From Psammoneis japonica (lineage: Eukaryota): a stretch of 64,000 nt of DNA. Shown one piece after another: positions 24,987 through 37,452 of this stretch. The notes below the pieces were generated by a model. That model made no database searches and was not told the origin of the DNA. It saw nothing but the letters and a program-made list of their open reading frames with translations. Each line of letters opens with the position of its first letter. Position 1 is the first letter of the stretch. The translations under genes were made by a program, and so were the position numbers. The stretch is taken from the NCBI GenBank assembly GCA_008632985.1, contig QPGO01000016.1:220840-284839 (forward strand), read 5' to 3'.

Positions 24987-26269
24987 ATGCCATCTATGAT
25001 ATATTGGATGACTGCTCATCCTGCCGTGGCCACCACGAGTGTAATTGTCGTGTCGGCGGCTTTGCTGTTTTTGTTCCCGCATTCCAACCATAACCACGAA
25101 AAAACGGTTTCCATAGCATTCGTCGGTAACTCCATGATGTTTTTCAATGACTTGCTTCGACTAGTAGAAGGATTTGGAGGAATTTAGAAAAATTGTTGCT
25201 TGCGATCGGGCACGAGTTTATCGACAATTGTCAAGCGCGGCTCGGGCATGCGGAAACGATTCAGGACGCAAAATGCTTTGCTTAGTAATGACGGAACAAC
25301 AACGATTCATGACTATGGTGCTTGCACAGTTCATCAGTTGTTGTTTGGAAATTATAGCGAAACCAATGATTTTGTTGCCTACTATGATGGAGACGATGAC
25401 GACGTACGACGTCTATTCTTCTTCCAACTACGCGTACAAGGCAGGACGATCTAATCCATGCTATTCGGAACAGACGTATATGGAATACCTACAAGATTAC
25501 TACAAAGACAACGATCCGCATTGGGACAATGTCGTGATGAATGATCAAAGCCGGACTCCCGCTCTTTCCAGAATCCAGACGCAAGAGACTGCAAAGTTTG
25601 AATGACACGTACATTCCCTGGTTTCAACAAATGAAAACCACCATTCCAATCTTTATGGCCACACACGGGTATTGGTCGGACGACAAAGACATGACGGGCA
25701 TTCCTTACAAGAACATTCTTGCATTTACCGTCATGCTCCACGACGCATACTCGGAGTATGCCAATTTCATGGCTCAACATCTGCCAATCGCACAGCGACC
25801 GCGCTTGGCACCGGTGGGTCTTGTCTATTTAACCATTTGGGAAGAAAACATTGATTTGTGGTATCAAATGTTTGACACAGATCAGTTGCATTGCTCTCCT
25901 CTTGGAACATTTGCACAAGCGTGCACCATTTATGCCACGATCTTTGGGCGAATGCCGCCGCAGGCGACACGACAAAACATGACGGTTCTGTGGGATCGTG
26001 CGAGACGAATGCAGCCACCCAACAAACCTCCCAATCCGTTTCCGACTCTACAACAAGCAGAATATGTACAGTACGTGGTGGAGCGTGTCGTGCTGCGAGG
26101 GCATGTACCAGAGTTTTTGTCAGGTATAAAGAGGAAGGGTCAACAGAAAGCGATTGAAGCAAAGTGTGGCGTGATTCTAAACAAGTGCAAACAATCGCAA
26201 ACAAAGGTCTTTCTAAAGACGCAGCTATACCTCCTGTCAGTCTTATTGACACAATTTAACAAAGCATAA
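24987..26269 (+). CDS. Membrane-anchored SGNH-hydrolase-like protein (frameshifted)
   Basis: TM, then SIAFVGNSMMFFNDL (block I), VVMNDQSR, RLAPVGLVYL and DQLHCSPLGTF (DxxH-like block V). Frame breaks near 25190, 25410 and 25570. Confidence 0.6.
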
Positions 26270-26319
26270 TCCAATATCGTGACGGGATGGACCAACTAGT
26301 CGCTGGCGCGGAGCTAATC

Positions 26320-27868
26320 TCACCAGATCTTGATAACGAAGATCGTGAGGAAGACGGAACACACGGCAAGGTTGAAATCAAGCAAAACGGCTGCACTCGG
26401 TGCAAAGGTGGTACAATCCAGGCTTGGGTCCTGCTCACATCCACCCTTGGCTTGATCCACCGTCGCCGGCCCGCCCGCCTCGCATCCCTCGGCCTTTAAT
26501 AGGTCATAGGCAGCCTTGGCTTGGACAAGGCCGTGGCCGTACTTAATGTCATAGCCGGTGGCACCCAGATCCTCGGCGGTCTTGATCAGCACACCACGAA
26601 TCTGATGGTTGGTACAAGCGGGAAAGTGACTCCATACCTCTGCAGCAACCGCGGCAACGTGAGGACACGCCATGCTTGTGCCCGACAAAAAGGCGTACTT
26701 GTTTTGTAAGTATGTGGAGAGGATGTCTACTCCAGGGGCTGCAAGCTCGACTTGATTGTTTGTCTGGGAAAAGCTTGCGTGCTCCTTGTCTTCGTCAACG
26801 GCCGCAACCGAAATAACCGCTGGATACGATGCTGGATATGAGTGATCCGAGTTGCCAGCGTTCCCCGCTGCAGCCACCACCAAGAAGTCATTTTCATACA
26901 AAAAATCATACACCTGGTCTTCAAAATCCACATAAGTAGGGCCTCCCAAACTCATGCTAATAACTTTTGCACCCAAGTCGTAGCAACCCCTGACTGCGTC
27001 GAGAATGGATGATGAAAAGCCACTACCTGCGTCCGACAGGCCTTTTCCAATGTGCTGCATTAGTGAGAGAGAATAATACATATTGCAATGCGTTTCAGCT
27101 CTTAATTCATCAAGGCGCTGGAGAAAAAGATTCACATTCATGTGCACGTACGAAGGAAAACAAGTCCGGATTTCTTCTCACGCCCACCACGCCCATATCG
27201 TTACCACCAATGGCTCCAATGACACCCGCTGCAGACCATACGTAAGAGAAATTGACTTGAGAAACAATCTCTCAAGAGAATTCAAGTTAAGATTTGTCAC
27301 GACGTACCACAGTGGGTCCCATGTCCGTTGCCATCGTCTTCCCACGTGCCAGCAACCACTGAAAGTTCTTGAAAACCATTGGTGCCGGTGACATTGTTCG
27401 ATTCGGAGCTTGGCAAGTCCGAATGACCGTCTTGAATGCCTGTATCCACAACACAAACGTTCACCGTACCGGGTGCATCCGCAGCAATATCAAAGAGCTG
27501 GTCTGCTTGAACGAGCCTAATGCCGTATTCAACACTTTCTTCAAACGACGACGAGTTTCGTTGTAGACCTTATCCACGGGTGGTTTCGGCCCCAAGCCAA
27601 TGAATGGGTCAACTACAGCGCCTTCAATATCGTCCGATTCATTCAACTGATCTAGAATGGTATTCTTTTCGGCATCGGGTACTTTAATTAGAGCCAAGCG
27701 AAACCTCTCAATCTGGAGGTCAATCTTGTTGTCAATGTCAAAACTCTCCAACAGCGCCACACCTTGATCGTTGACGTACCGGGCAAGAAGATTGGCTTCT
27801 TCTGCTACAACGCCCTGAAGGATTATCGTTAGAACCGCCAAGACAGGCGGGAACCGAAACGGCATCAT
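26320..27868 (-). CDS. Subtilisin-like S8 serine protease, copy 1 (introns; 1-nt deletion near 27541)
   Basis: Signal peptide. Catalytic triad motifs VCVVDTG, GHGTHCG and SGTSMACPHVA, plus VAAAGN. Hydrophobic C-tail (GPI-like). Confidence 0.88.
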
Positions 27869-28139
27869 GGTGGTATTTTCGCACGATCGATGAAAAAAAG
27901 TGAGGTGGTGCGGTGAAGTGGGAGCGGTGGCTTCATATTTCCTTTATTAAAGGGATGTAGAGCTCGCATACTTTGTTATGTGTTGGTATGTGAGCCACTG
28001 CTTCTTACGAGCTTCAACCAAAGCTATCTTTTGAGTCACACAGGACCAAATCCGCACCATAACCCGGAGGGCACTAGCCATGTGGCTCGTCATTGCCCTG
28101 GGGCCTGGGGGGCCCAGCAGTGGTTCTGCTCTGTAGCTA

Positions 28140-29690
28140 GAACAGCAGAGACAGCAGTTCTCTCTGCCAGAGTGCAGAGAGCATGCAGCAGCTGCTGATG
28201 TTTGCCTGTGCTTCATTGTTTGACAAGGAGGAATGAGTTGTTTGTTTTGGCAGAAACCAGCTGCTGACTGCTGACAGTGTGTGCATCGCTCTGTTTGGCT
28301 GCTGCTGCTCCTGCTGTGGCGTGTGACGACAGAGCCAAGCTTGTGGCTGCAGGGTTGTCTCTGGACAAATGGTGGACAGTGCACACTTCACATGTGGTCA
28401 TGCTGCAGTGCATTGCCAGCCACCGCATTTGTGCAAGAGCCAACAGGTTGGGAGTTTTTTTTTTTTTGCACAGAGTTTCAAAATGCTTTGGCAGGGCATC
28501 ACTTTTTGGTTGATTGGTGTGCCCTTTTTTTTTTAGTGCCAAGAAGATCACCGCCAATTGCATGCATTGTGCAAACTCAGCACACAAAATTGACAGATGA
28601 GTTGACTCATGCCTTGGTTTGCAGCATGTTGAGCCATGTGGGAGCACGCATGAGCGGTGCTTGCCACCACAGCTGTGTCATTTTTTGCATTGAAACTTTT
28701 GTGCGGGTCATTTTCATTTTGTGTGAAACACTTGGCACTCTGCACAATGATGTTTGCACTGCATCCATTGCCCCAAATGTGCATCTTTAAGCTTTAAAGA
28801 GTGGCGCACACTGGACATGTCACAAACACATGAAACTTTTTGTGCGGAGTTTCCCAGGGGTGCAAACTTTTGCAAGGGATTTCCTGGCACTGCTGCACAA
28901 TGAGCTTTCATGCTGCTGGTGTTCCTGGGGACTGAAAATGACATCAATGGTGCATGTCAAAAACAACAAAGCTTCTTGCACTTGCATGCTGCCTCAGCCA
29001 GGGCTTTTGACACAGCAGGGCATCATGGGAAGGCCACTTTTTTCCATTGATTGCACTGCGCAGAATGCGCATGACATCAAGTGTGTGCACCCAATGCCCA
29101 AGCACTCATTCACTCATGTGCCGAACATGCATTTGTGGGGCCCCACAGTGAGGGTGCTGTCTTTTTCTCTGAAAATGCCCCGCCATGTCCAAAGGCCCAG
29201 CCCCAGCACCACTTCCCACAAGGACCTCCATGATGCACTCTGGGGTGCAATTTGTCAGCTCTCATGCCTGAATGGCAAAAGTGCTTCACTGGCAAAAGGT
29301 CAAACATTTGCCAGTTGGAGTTGCAAAAATTCCCATTGTCAACAACAAACCATGCACACCATCCTTGCCGATTGTGCAGCCTGGCACTTTTTGTTGACAC
29401 AATCTTGTCAAGCAGCATGGTGTGACACACCTTGTGATGTTTTGGATGCTTTGCTGATGCAGGCAGTTGCTGCAGCATTGCTGGTTGCTGTTTGCACCAG
29501 AGATGACAATTGGGGACTTTCATTTTTCACAGAATTTTTGTGGGCTTCCACAGAGCATCACTTTTGGGTTGATTTGGCGGACACTTTCCAGCTCGCTCTG
29601 GGTGGGACCTCGTGCTGCTGGACTGTGACATTGACGATTTCTTGTCATGCGCCACAAGTCTCGAAGGTGCATTTCTACATGACTTTGGTG
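28140..29690. mobile_element. Decayed repeat/TE block 4 at the duplication junction
   Basis: CG/TA depleted. The first ~190 bp are converted host sequence homologous to 31860-32040; the rest is unrelated insertion up to ~29820. Confidence 0.65.
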
Positions 29691-29821
29691 GTGTTTTATG
29701 TCATTTTGCAGTGCAATTATTGGGCGATCCATTCAACAATTTTTCACATTTTCACACAGAAAGCCATTCCCAAATGTCTGCAGAATGGTGCAGTGCAGGC
29801 TGATTTTAATAAAAAAATTCC

Positions 29822-29930
29822 CATTCCGACTCCACAACAAGCAGAAATTGTACAGTACGTGGTGGAGCATAATGTGGTTCTGCGAGGTCATGCACCAGAG
29901 TCTTTTGCTAAGAGCAAAGAGGAAGGGTGA
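29822..29930 (+). pseudogene. 3' fragment of the duplicated SGNH-like gene
   Basis: PTPQQAEIVQYVVEHNVVLRGHAPE matches PTLQQAEYVQYVVERVVLRGHVPE at 26040-26115. Confidence 0.85.
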
Positions 29931-30109
29931 CAGCGAGTGATTGAAGCGAAGTGTGGCGTGATTCTAAACAAGTGCAAGCAGTCGCGAGCAAATCTCTACT
30001 TGTTTTTCAAGTTGCAGCTATCTCCTGTCAGTCTTATCGGCACAATTTAACATAGCATAATCCAAGATCGTGACAGAATGGACCAATTCACTTGGCGGTG
30101 AGCTTAATC

Positions 30110-31606
30110 TCACCAGATCTTGAAAACGGCAATGGTGAGGAAGGCCGACCACACGGCAATGCTGAAATCTAGCAACACTGCTGCGCTCGGAGCATCCGTC
30201 GCCGACCCGCCCGCCTCGCAGCCCTCGGCTTTTAATAGGTCATAGGCTGCCTTTGCTTGAACAAGGCCGTGGCCGTACTTGATGTCGTAGCCGGGTTTAC
30301 CTAGATCCTCGGCGGTCTTGGTCAGCACACCACGAATCTGATGGTTGGTGCAACTGGGAAAGTGACTCCACACCTCTGCAGCAACCGCGGCAACGTGAGG
30401 ACACGCCATACTTGTGCCCGATAAATAGGCGTAGCTGTCTTGTAAGTGTGTGGAGAGGACGTCCACGCCAGGGGCTGCAAGCTCGACTTGATCGTTTGTC
30501 TGGGAAAAGCTTGCGTGCTCCTTGTCTTCATCAACCGCCGCAACCGAAATAACCGCTGGATACGATGCTGGATATGAGTGATCCGAGTTGCCATCATTCC
30601 CCGCCGCAGCCACCACCAAGAAGCCTTCTTCGTACAAAAATTCATACACCTGACTTTCAAACGGAATATAAGTAGAGCCTCCCAAACTCATGCTAATAAC
30701 TTTTGCACCAAATTCGTAGCATGCCGAGACTGACTCGAGAATGGATGATGCAAAGCCACTGCCTTCATCCGACAGGCCTTTTCCAATGTGCTACATTAGT
30801 GAGAGCGAATAATACATATTGCAATGCGTATGAGCACGTAGTTCATCAAGGTGCTGGAGAAATAGATTCACATTTTTGTGCACGTACGAAGGAAAACAAG
30901 TCCGGATTTCTTCTCACGCCTACCACACCCATATCGTTACCACCAATGGCTCCAATGACGCCCGCTGCAGGCCACACGTCCGAGAATTTGACTTGAGAGA
31001 CGATCTCCCAGGAGAATTCAAGTGTAAGATTTGTCACGACGTACCACAGTGGGTCCCATGTCCGTTGCCATCGTCATCCCACGTGCCAGCAATCACCGAG
31101 AGTTGTTGAAAACCATTGGTGCCGGTGACATTATTCGATGCGGAGTTTGGCAAGTCCGAATGGCCGTCTTGAATGCCTGTATCCACAACACAAACATTCA
31201 CCGTACCGGGTGCATCCGCAGCAATGTCAAAGAGCTGGTCTGCTTGAACGAGTCTAATGCCGTATTCAACACTTTCTTCCAAACGACGACGAGTTTCGTT
31301 GTAGACTTTATCCACGGGTGGCTGGGGTCCCAACTCAATGACTGGGTCGACTACTGCGCCTTCAATATCGTCCGATGCATTCAACTGATCCAGAATGGAA
31401 TCCGTATCGGCCTCGGGTACTGTGATGAGAACCAAGCGAAACACCTCAATCTGAAGGTCAATCTTGTTGTCAATGTCAAAACTCTCCAACAGCGCTACAC
31501 CTTGATCGTTGACGTAGCGGGCAAGCAGTTTGGCTTCTTGTGCTTCAACGACCTGAAGGATTAACGATAGAACCGCCAAGACAGGCGGGAACCGAAACAG
31601 CATCAT
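30110..31606 (-). CDS. Subtilisin-like S8 serine protease, copy 2
   Basis: Same motifs and intron positions as copy 1. Reads RRLEESVEYGI in frame. Lacks copy 1's VDQAKGGCEQDPSLDCTTF segment. Confidence 0.9.
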
Positions 31607-32212
31607 GGTGGTTACGGTTTTCGCACGATCGATGAATCAACAGTAATCATGAAAAAAGTGAGGTCAGCGAGGTCGGTGGAGTTTTTTCATTTTTAAAGGT
31701 CAGTATAGCTCGCAACACTTTGTTCCGTTGTAGTACAGTATGTGTGGTACTGTAATCTTTTTACGAGCTTCAACTAAAGGTATCTTTTGATACACAGGAG
31801 AGATCAAACCCCGGAGGTCACTCGTCATCTTGATGTGCTCCGTTGCCCGTTGCACTCTCTCTACTAGTAGAGTAGAGTAGTATGGCCCTACATACTCTAG
31901 CTAAGTGGCTAGTAATTCTCTCTCAAGAGTGTAGAGAGTATGCTCCTATGCTGTACATTTGATGAGAAGGAATGAGTTGTTGTTGGTTGGGCAGCCACCA
32001 GCTAATAGTGTTTTGATTTGTGGCATGTGGCGTGATGCATGCTTGTAGTTAGTCCAGGTGTCTAATTGACCGCGCTATCATGAGATCGTTTATGCTGGGC
32101 GACTGCCTGATCCAGAGCTACAGAAGCAAGTACCGTTCCGAATTCATGGCGTCATCTGCAAAAGTGCATCAACTCCAATGTGCTCAACACCCTGCCACAA
32201 AGTGAAACTCAA

Positions 32213-33352
32213 CTATTCTTTCAATGGCTTCAATCCCAGCTTGGCTCGTTCTGCGTTCCAATATTCCTTGGATCCTTCTATCGGTGGCGCATCGCCGGAT
32301 GAATCTTGCGGTTGTGGAGGCGAATCTTCTTCGTTTTGTTCTCCTGGTTCCTTTGCCTGCTTTTCTCTCCCCTTTTCTCCCTTGGAAAAGAGAGTACCAT
32401 ACTTTGATGATTCCTTCTTTTGCTTCTTCTTTTTCTTGCGGGAAGACTCGCCATTGTCCACATTGTAACCTCTGTCATCCTTTCTCTTGCCACGACGGAC
32501 CGTTTCGTCTTGTCCATCACGAGAATCCCTATGAGGCCGGTGGTCCTCCTTGCGGCCACGACGTCGGTCGGAACGATCCCTGTCTCTTGTATCGTTACCG
32601 TGAGTTCCTCGTTGGTCGTGATTGTCTCGCTGCCGCTCGTCTGAGCTTTCCGCTCGTTCTTTGTTTGTTTGCTCGTCATATTTTTTCTTCTCCGCTTGCT
32701 GACGTTTTTCGTACAATTCCTTTGCAGCAACACTTCCCTGTTCCACCTTTTTCACTAGATATCCTTCTGGTCCACCGTATTGTTCCAGCATTGGTTTGAG
32801 TGCCGTCGGACGTGTTTCTTCTTCCAAATATCCCGCCTCCACCAGAGTTTCCCGCAGTGCCAATCTCGGCAGCGCAATCCCACAAACCTGTTCCTCGGTC
32901 AGAAGCGCATGTACAAACTCATCCATGGTGATCAGATCCCATTCCGTGACATTTCTCATTCGTAACTTTCGATAATCGCGATAGAGCGGTTCTAGCAATT
33001 CGTAAATGTCCGCTGGTCGTCCCGTCAGACGCTTGTAAAAAATCCCCAAGGCCCGAACATACTTGAAATCTTCGTTGGATATGAACTCCTCCACCAAATC
33101 ATCCGACGGTTGTATTTGTAATAATTTGAGAATTAAACAAAGAAATTTGGTGGGCTGCATGTTTCCTCCGTACGATCCACCAATCGTTTTCAACGCTGTG
33201 GCTTTTTCCAAAACTTGCACCGCCGTCAAACCAAAACATTCTTCTTTCCAATAACGCGAGTCGTAAATTTTCTGTCGGGTAATGTATTCCATTAAATTTT
33301 GTGGGTCCGTTCCATGGAGGGCCGCCACGAGAGGGTCTGTTACGTTTGCCAT
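32213..33352 (-). CDS. PRP38: Pre-mRNA splicing factor 38A
   Basis: MANVTDP, HGTDPQNLMEYITRQKIYDSRYWKEECFGL, FKYVRALG, DYRKLR, charged tail and YWNAERAKLGLKPLK. Confidence 0.96.
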   Translation of the reverse strand: MANVTDPLVAALHGTDPQNLMEYITRQKIYDSRYWKEECFGLTAVQVLEKATALKTIGGSYGGNMQPTKFLCLILKLLQIQPSDDLVEEFISNEDFKYVRALGIFYKRLTGRPADIYELLEPLYRDYRKLRMRNVTEWDLITMDEFVHALLTEEQVCGIALPRLALRETLVEAGYLEEETRPTALKPMLEQYGGPEGYLVKKVEQGSVAAKELYEKRQQAEKKKYDEQTNKERAESSDERQRDNHDQRGTHGNDTRDRDRSDRRRGRKEDHRPHRDSRDGQDETVRRGKRKDDRGYNVDNGESSRKKKKKQKKESSKYGTLFSKGEKGREKQAKEPGEQNEEDSPPQPQDSSGDAPPIEGSKEYWNAERAKLGLKPLKE

Positions 33353-33600
33353 GATCTGCTTTTAAAGTCTTTGTTGCGTGTTTTTAGAAGTATGAGAGGC
33401 TAATACAAAGTAGACTCTAGAGTACGACAGCGCTGAAAAGGAAATCGAGGGTCAATGTCGTCAATCGATCAGAGGAGCGGGGTGCGAGAGGGGCGACAGG
33501 TTCCCTTCATCCCGACGGAGGGACAGACCCTCCAGGCTACTTGAAGTGAGCGACGTCATCTTTATCAACCAATTATTATTCTATTCGTCTCTACTTCAAC

Positions 33601-35100
33601 ATGAGCCTAAGTGCATGCGGCCATACAACATACCAATGCCGTGCCGATGATAGATGCGAATGCGTTGGAACTTTCGACCTTCGGTTGCTTGTTTTCAGTT
33701 TTGCTGTACCGGAACACAGATTGGATAGCTCCCAACAACGACCTCATCAAGATGATGACAGTAGCATCACAGCATGGTTGGATTGGCTTGTTTGCCCTTG
33801 TGACTGTGCTGCGTTGCGTTTTATATGAATTGCACACCACTCAACGACTGGCTTCTCATTTCCAGCAAATCGACAGCATGCACGCTCTTCTTGTCAAAGC
33901 TATAAAGGCAGAGAGACCTTATCCACGCGTGACAGCCTTTGAAAGCAAGTCTATCAATAAAACAATGTCGTCGTCAAGACACAGTCGGTCCGTCGATGCC
34001 ATGTCGATCAACAGAGCGTTTGAAGATAGCGAATCGATTCCAGGCTCTTCAACGATTCCGTACTACGAAGAAGGATGTCGTTTCGACATTCATGGCATAA
34101 CCAAACGAATCCCATGTGCAACAATATCCATGAGATGGATTTGTATACCGGCTTTCGAAAAGAAAATGCAACCTATTTGGGCAAAGGAGCACGAAGAGTT
34201 GCGTGGCGAGTATTCGATGCCACGAAACACGTCATGGCGGTCAAGACACAAGTCTATGAAATACAAAGTGGATCTCGCTTGTATGTAACGCAGACAGAAG
34301 CACAAGTAGCGGCGAGAATGACTTCATCGAAACACAGTATACAATTTTACGGACATTGCGGAACCACCGGGCTACATGAATTTGCTTCTGGAAAATTTCC
34401 AAAAACATTCGAGAGTGGTCTCGACAAGTTGCGCATGGCATACGAGGTAACCGACGCGGTTGCGGATCTTCATGGAATTGAAAAGACGGCATACCATCCA
34501 TAGTCTATGGGCATTTGCAAACAAACAATGTAATGATTGTCAATGGGACTTGTAAGTTTTCGGACTATGAGCAAGCCAACTTTCTCATGTGGAACGATCA
34601 ACAAAGCGAACATGTGGTTTTTACCGAACACCAACGGGTAGTGTGAGTTTCTTTTTGTTTGTCAAGGTCAATAGTCGCCACGGCGAATGTGAGGCTAACC
34701 CTTCTCTTTCCCCTCTTTCCAGAAAAATCGTGCTCCCGAAGAGGGTGATCTCTACTACACGACAGACTACCCGCATCGAATGATAACAGAAGCCAGTGAC
34801 GTCTATCGAGTTGGGCTTATTCTTTATAAACTGCTGACGACTGAGTCAGCTCGAACCATACTGGAAGAGTGTGACATGAAGGAGACGACCTTCGAAAGAA
34901 ATCCAAGAGCATGCCATTGTCGGCGACACGCTGGTCAAGGCATTCTTAATGACGAATTCTTGTACCCCATCCGCTCGTGAAACCGCAGCCAATATTGCCA
35001 TGGTGTTGAAGAAGGGATTGATCAAGCCACAAGCAAATGAAGGACAGTTGTCCCCTCGCAGCAGCGGCCATTTTACACTCGCCGCCCACGAACTAAAAAG
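33601..35100 (+). CDS. PKDCC/VLK-like membrane-anchored protein kinase-fold protein, likely pseudokinase (frameshifted, one intron)
   Basis: TM, CNNIHEMDL, YLGKGARRVAW, VMAVKT, QFYGHCGT, SIVYGHLQTNNV, KFSDYEQANF, RAPEE (after intron ~34643-34722) and SDVYRVG. Ends uncertain. Confidence 0.6.
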
Positions 35101-35414
35101 AGAAAGATTGTTTCTACTCGGACAGTGGGGTTCAGAAATGCGGTACCTATCATTGGTGATCGTAACATTGCGCGAAACATGTTCAACGCCATTCTCCGAA
35201 ACCAAGAACGAAACCGCCACCACAATTCCCGGAAGCAGCAAGGGACAATATGAAAATGCGATTCGTGTCGCTGGATCATTCGCGTTCGAATTCGCGAGTG
35301 CCGGTACGACTTGACTATTGATCGCATGAAAATCGTCCGGGCAACCATTTCAACGATTTCACCTCTTCTTTTCTACCATCCTTCACTTGCTTAATCTCGA
35401 ATCCTCATCCACTG

Positions 35415-35972
35415 ATGCCGTTATCCCTCCAGCTACAAGAAGCTTCAAAACCAAGATTTCTTGCTTTTTGTCTCTCTTTTACAATCTTCGCCACCGTCGG
35501 TTCTTTTGTGGCCCTGATGTCGCTGATCGCAAACCACATTTTTGGGTGCTTGGAATACTGTGCAGGCGCTGAATTTGGCAATAACGGAAATGCAATTACC
35601 CTCGCCGCACTTACATCCTATTTGGGCACAGTTCTTTCTTGTTTTTGTGGGTGCGCCTTCTTGGGGGGGCGGCACATGGTTGCAGTTACACGCAAAGGAA
35701 CCGTTGCTCTCATTGTCATATACATCACGCTGGCGACGTTTCAATGCCTTAGCCTTGTCTTGTTTGCAGTGAAGGAAGCAGTGATCCCGAAGCAGGAAGT
35801 GTCCAAGCTAAATTCGTTGTTTGGCAACAATCATGTGACTCATCCCTGCAGCGTTGGTTCTTCTAGCGCAAATGTGCACCAAAACCAATGCAGCACCAGC
35901 ATAGAAGAAGATGAGAACACACTTTCTTGTCAGACTAAGGAGAGCTTGGAAATAGATTCCGCAGTCCTTTAA
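35415..35972 (+). CDS. Hypothetical 4-TM protein, copy 1 (frameshifted near 35785-35830)
   Basis: High identity to 37453..38013; four hydrophobic segments. Confidence 0.65.
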   Translation: MPLSLQLQEASKPRFLAFCLSFTIFATVGSFVALMSLIANHIFGCLEYCAGAEFGNNGNAITLAALTSYLGTVLSCFCGCAFLGGRHMVAVTRKGTVALIVIYITLATFQCLSLVLFAVKEAVIPKQEVSKLNSLFGNNHVTHPCSVGSSSANVHQNQCSTSIEEDENTLSCQTKESLEIDSAVL

Positions 35973-35978
35973 AATAGT

Positions 35979-37150
35979 TTTGTTTACGTTCTGGTTGTTA
36001 ATGTCATCTGGAGCTTCCTTCTTCCCAGGAATTGTGAGCGCTGAGACCTTTCTCCCGTTTCCTGGGTCCACATCTGAGTCCATGTTTGTTTGCAGGCGTG
36101 GCCAGAAAAATGTCATTTGGGTGAGTTGTTTGGTTGTTTGTCTTCAAGTCCACTTGTTTGAACACAAGATTGGGAATTTGTCATTCACTCTGTGCAGCAG
36201 TGGGGTGGCGTGTCACCTGCAATCCAGAAGCTGTGCCAGTCTGAGAATTTCCACATGTTGTTGACCCAGGTGTGAGCAGCTGGGTGATGGCAGCCCTTGT
36301 GCAGCTTTGTTCAAAAAGCTGTCACACTCTGTTGAGAGCACTGGGAGACCACCTTCTCAGTGTGAGACAACATTTTTTGTGACAAATGGTGACTCATGAG
36401 TGCCCAGCTTTGTTTGGTGAGTTGCTGGCCCACAAACTGCATCTCTGGTCATGCTTCACAGATCCCTGCACTTGGCATCATTGCTTGGCCAGCCATGGGG
36501 AGCTGTGCAAGAACAAGCAGCACACCGTGACTGGAACATTTGAGCACCACACAGCAATGTTGTCATGTCCAACAGCTGCCAGCTCAGCACCCACACTTCA
36601 CCATTTCCAAATGTTTGTCAATGGTGTGCCAGGATCACTTGACACCTTTTCATTGTTGCACTTGCTCCACAGTCCACAGACTGTGAGCTGTGGCATCTCC
36701 ACGTGGTGGCTGGAGGGGGCTGTGTCTGCAGTCAGAGCCCCCCCCCAACACACACACACACACAAGGGCTTGACTGTGTGCACAACAAACTGTCCAGGAG
36801 ACTGTGGGCTCCAGAAACTGCTTCACATCATTCTCCAAAGCCAGGAACAAAATTGCAGCCATGCCAAGGCATTGCCGAGCAAGAGTTTGAGACCAAAGCA
36901 AGTGCAGAAGGTGCGTTGTCAAGCAGTGCAGAGCAAAGTCATTGAAATGAGAACTTGCTTGGATGATCAATCTGCTTCCTCATCTCATGTGATGGTGTTC
37001 CCCTCATGCCACGAACGAAAAAGACGCCTGTCATTTTGTGCCTCTTGTGTTTCGCAAGTCTGCTGCACCGCTTCTCTCTCTCGCTGTTTTGCTCTTCCAA
37101 ATCCATGTTGTTTGACAACATCAAGGCAAATGACACAACTCAAATGCTTG
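35979..37150. mobile_element. Decayed repeat/TE block 5, inserted just after the stop of 4-TM copy 1
   Basis: Homology to copy 2 breaks after TTTAAAATAG (35978) and resumes around 37020-37120 (compare 38050-38127). CG/TA depleted. Confidence 0.65.
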
Positions 37151-37452
37151 TTCTCGATCAATCCATGAGCAAATGAAGGACAGGTGTGCGAAACAAGTTT
37201 CTACATGTGGTTCAGAAAATGTTGAAACGGCAGCAGCAAGCCAGGACGAACGAAACCGCCACCACAATTTCGGAAGAGGGGCAATACGAAAACGCGATTC
37301 GTGTCGTTGTGCGATCATTCCACGTTCGAATTCCGCGACTGATTGATATTCTCTATCTTGATCGATTGAAAACGGGGCAAGTTCTCATTTTTTCAACGAT
37401 CGATCGCTTCTTGCTACTTCTTCATTTGCTTATCTCAAATCCTAATCCAGTG

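Larger units (their letters stand above)
26040..32040. repeat. Tandem segmental duplication: ~26040-28330 resembles ~29820-32040
   Basis: The 3' end of the SGNH-like gene, the subtilase gene and its upstream region are all duplicated. Confidence 0.9.
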
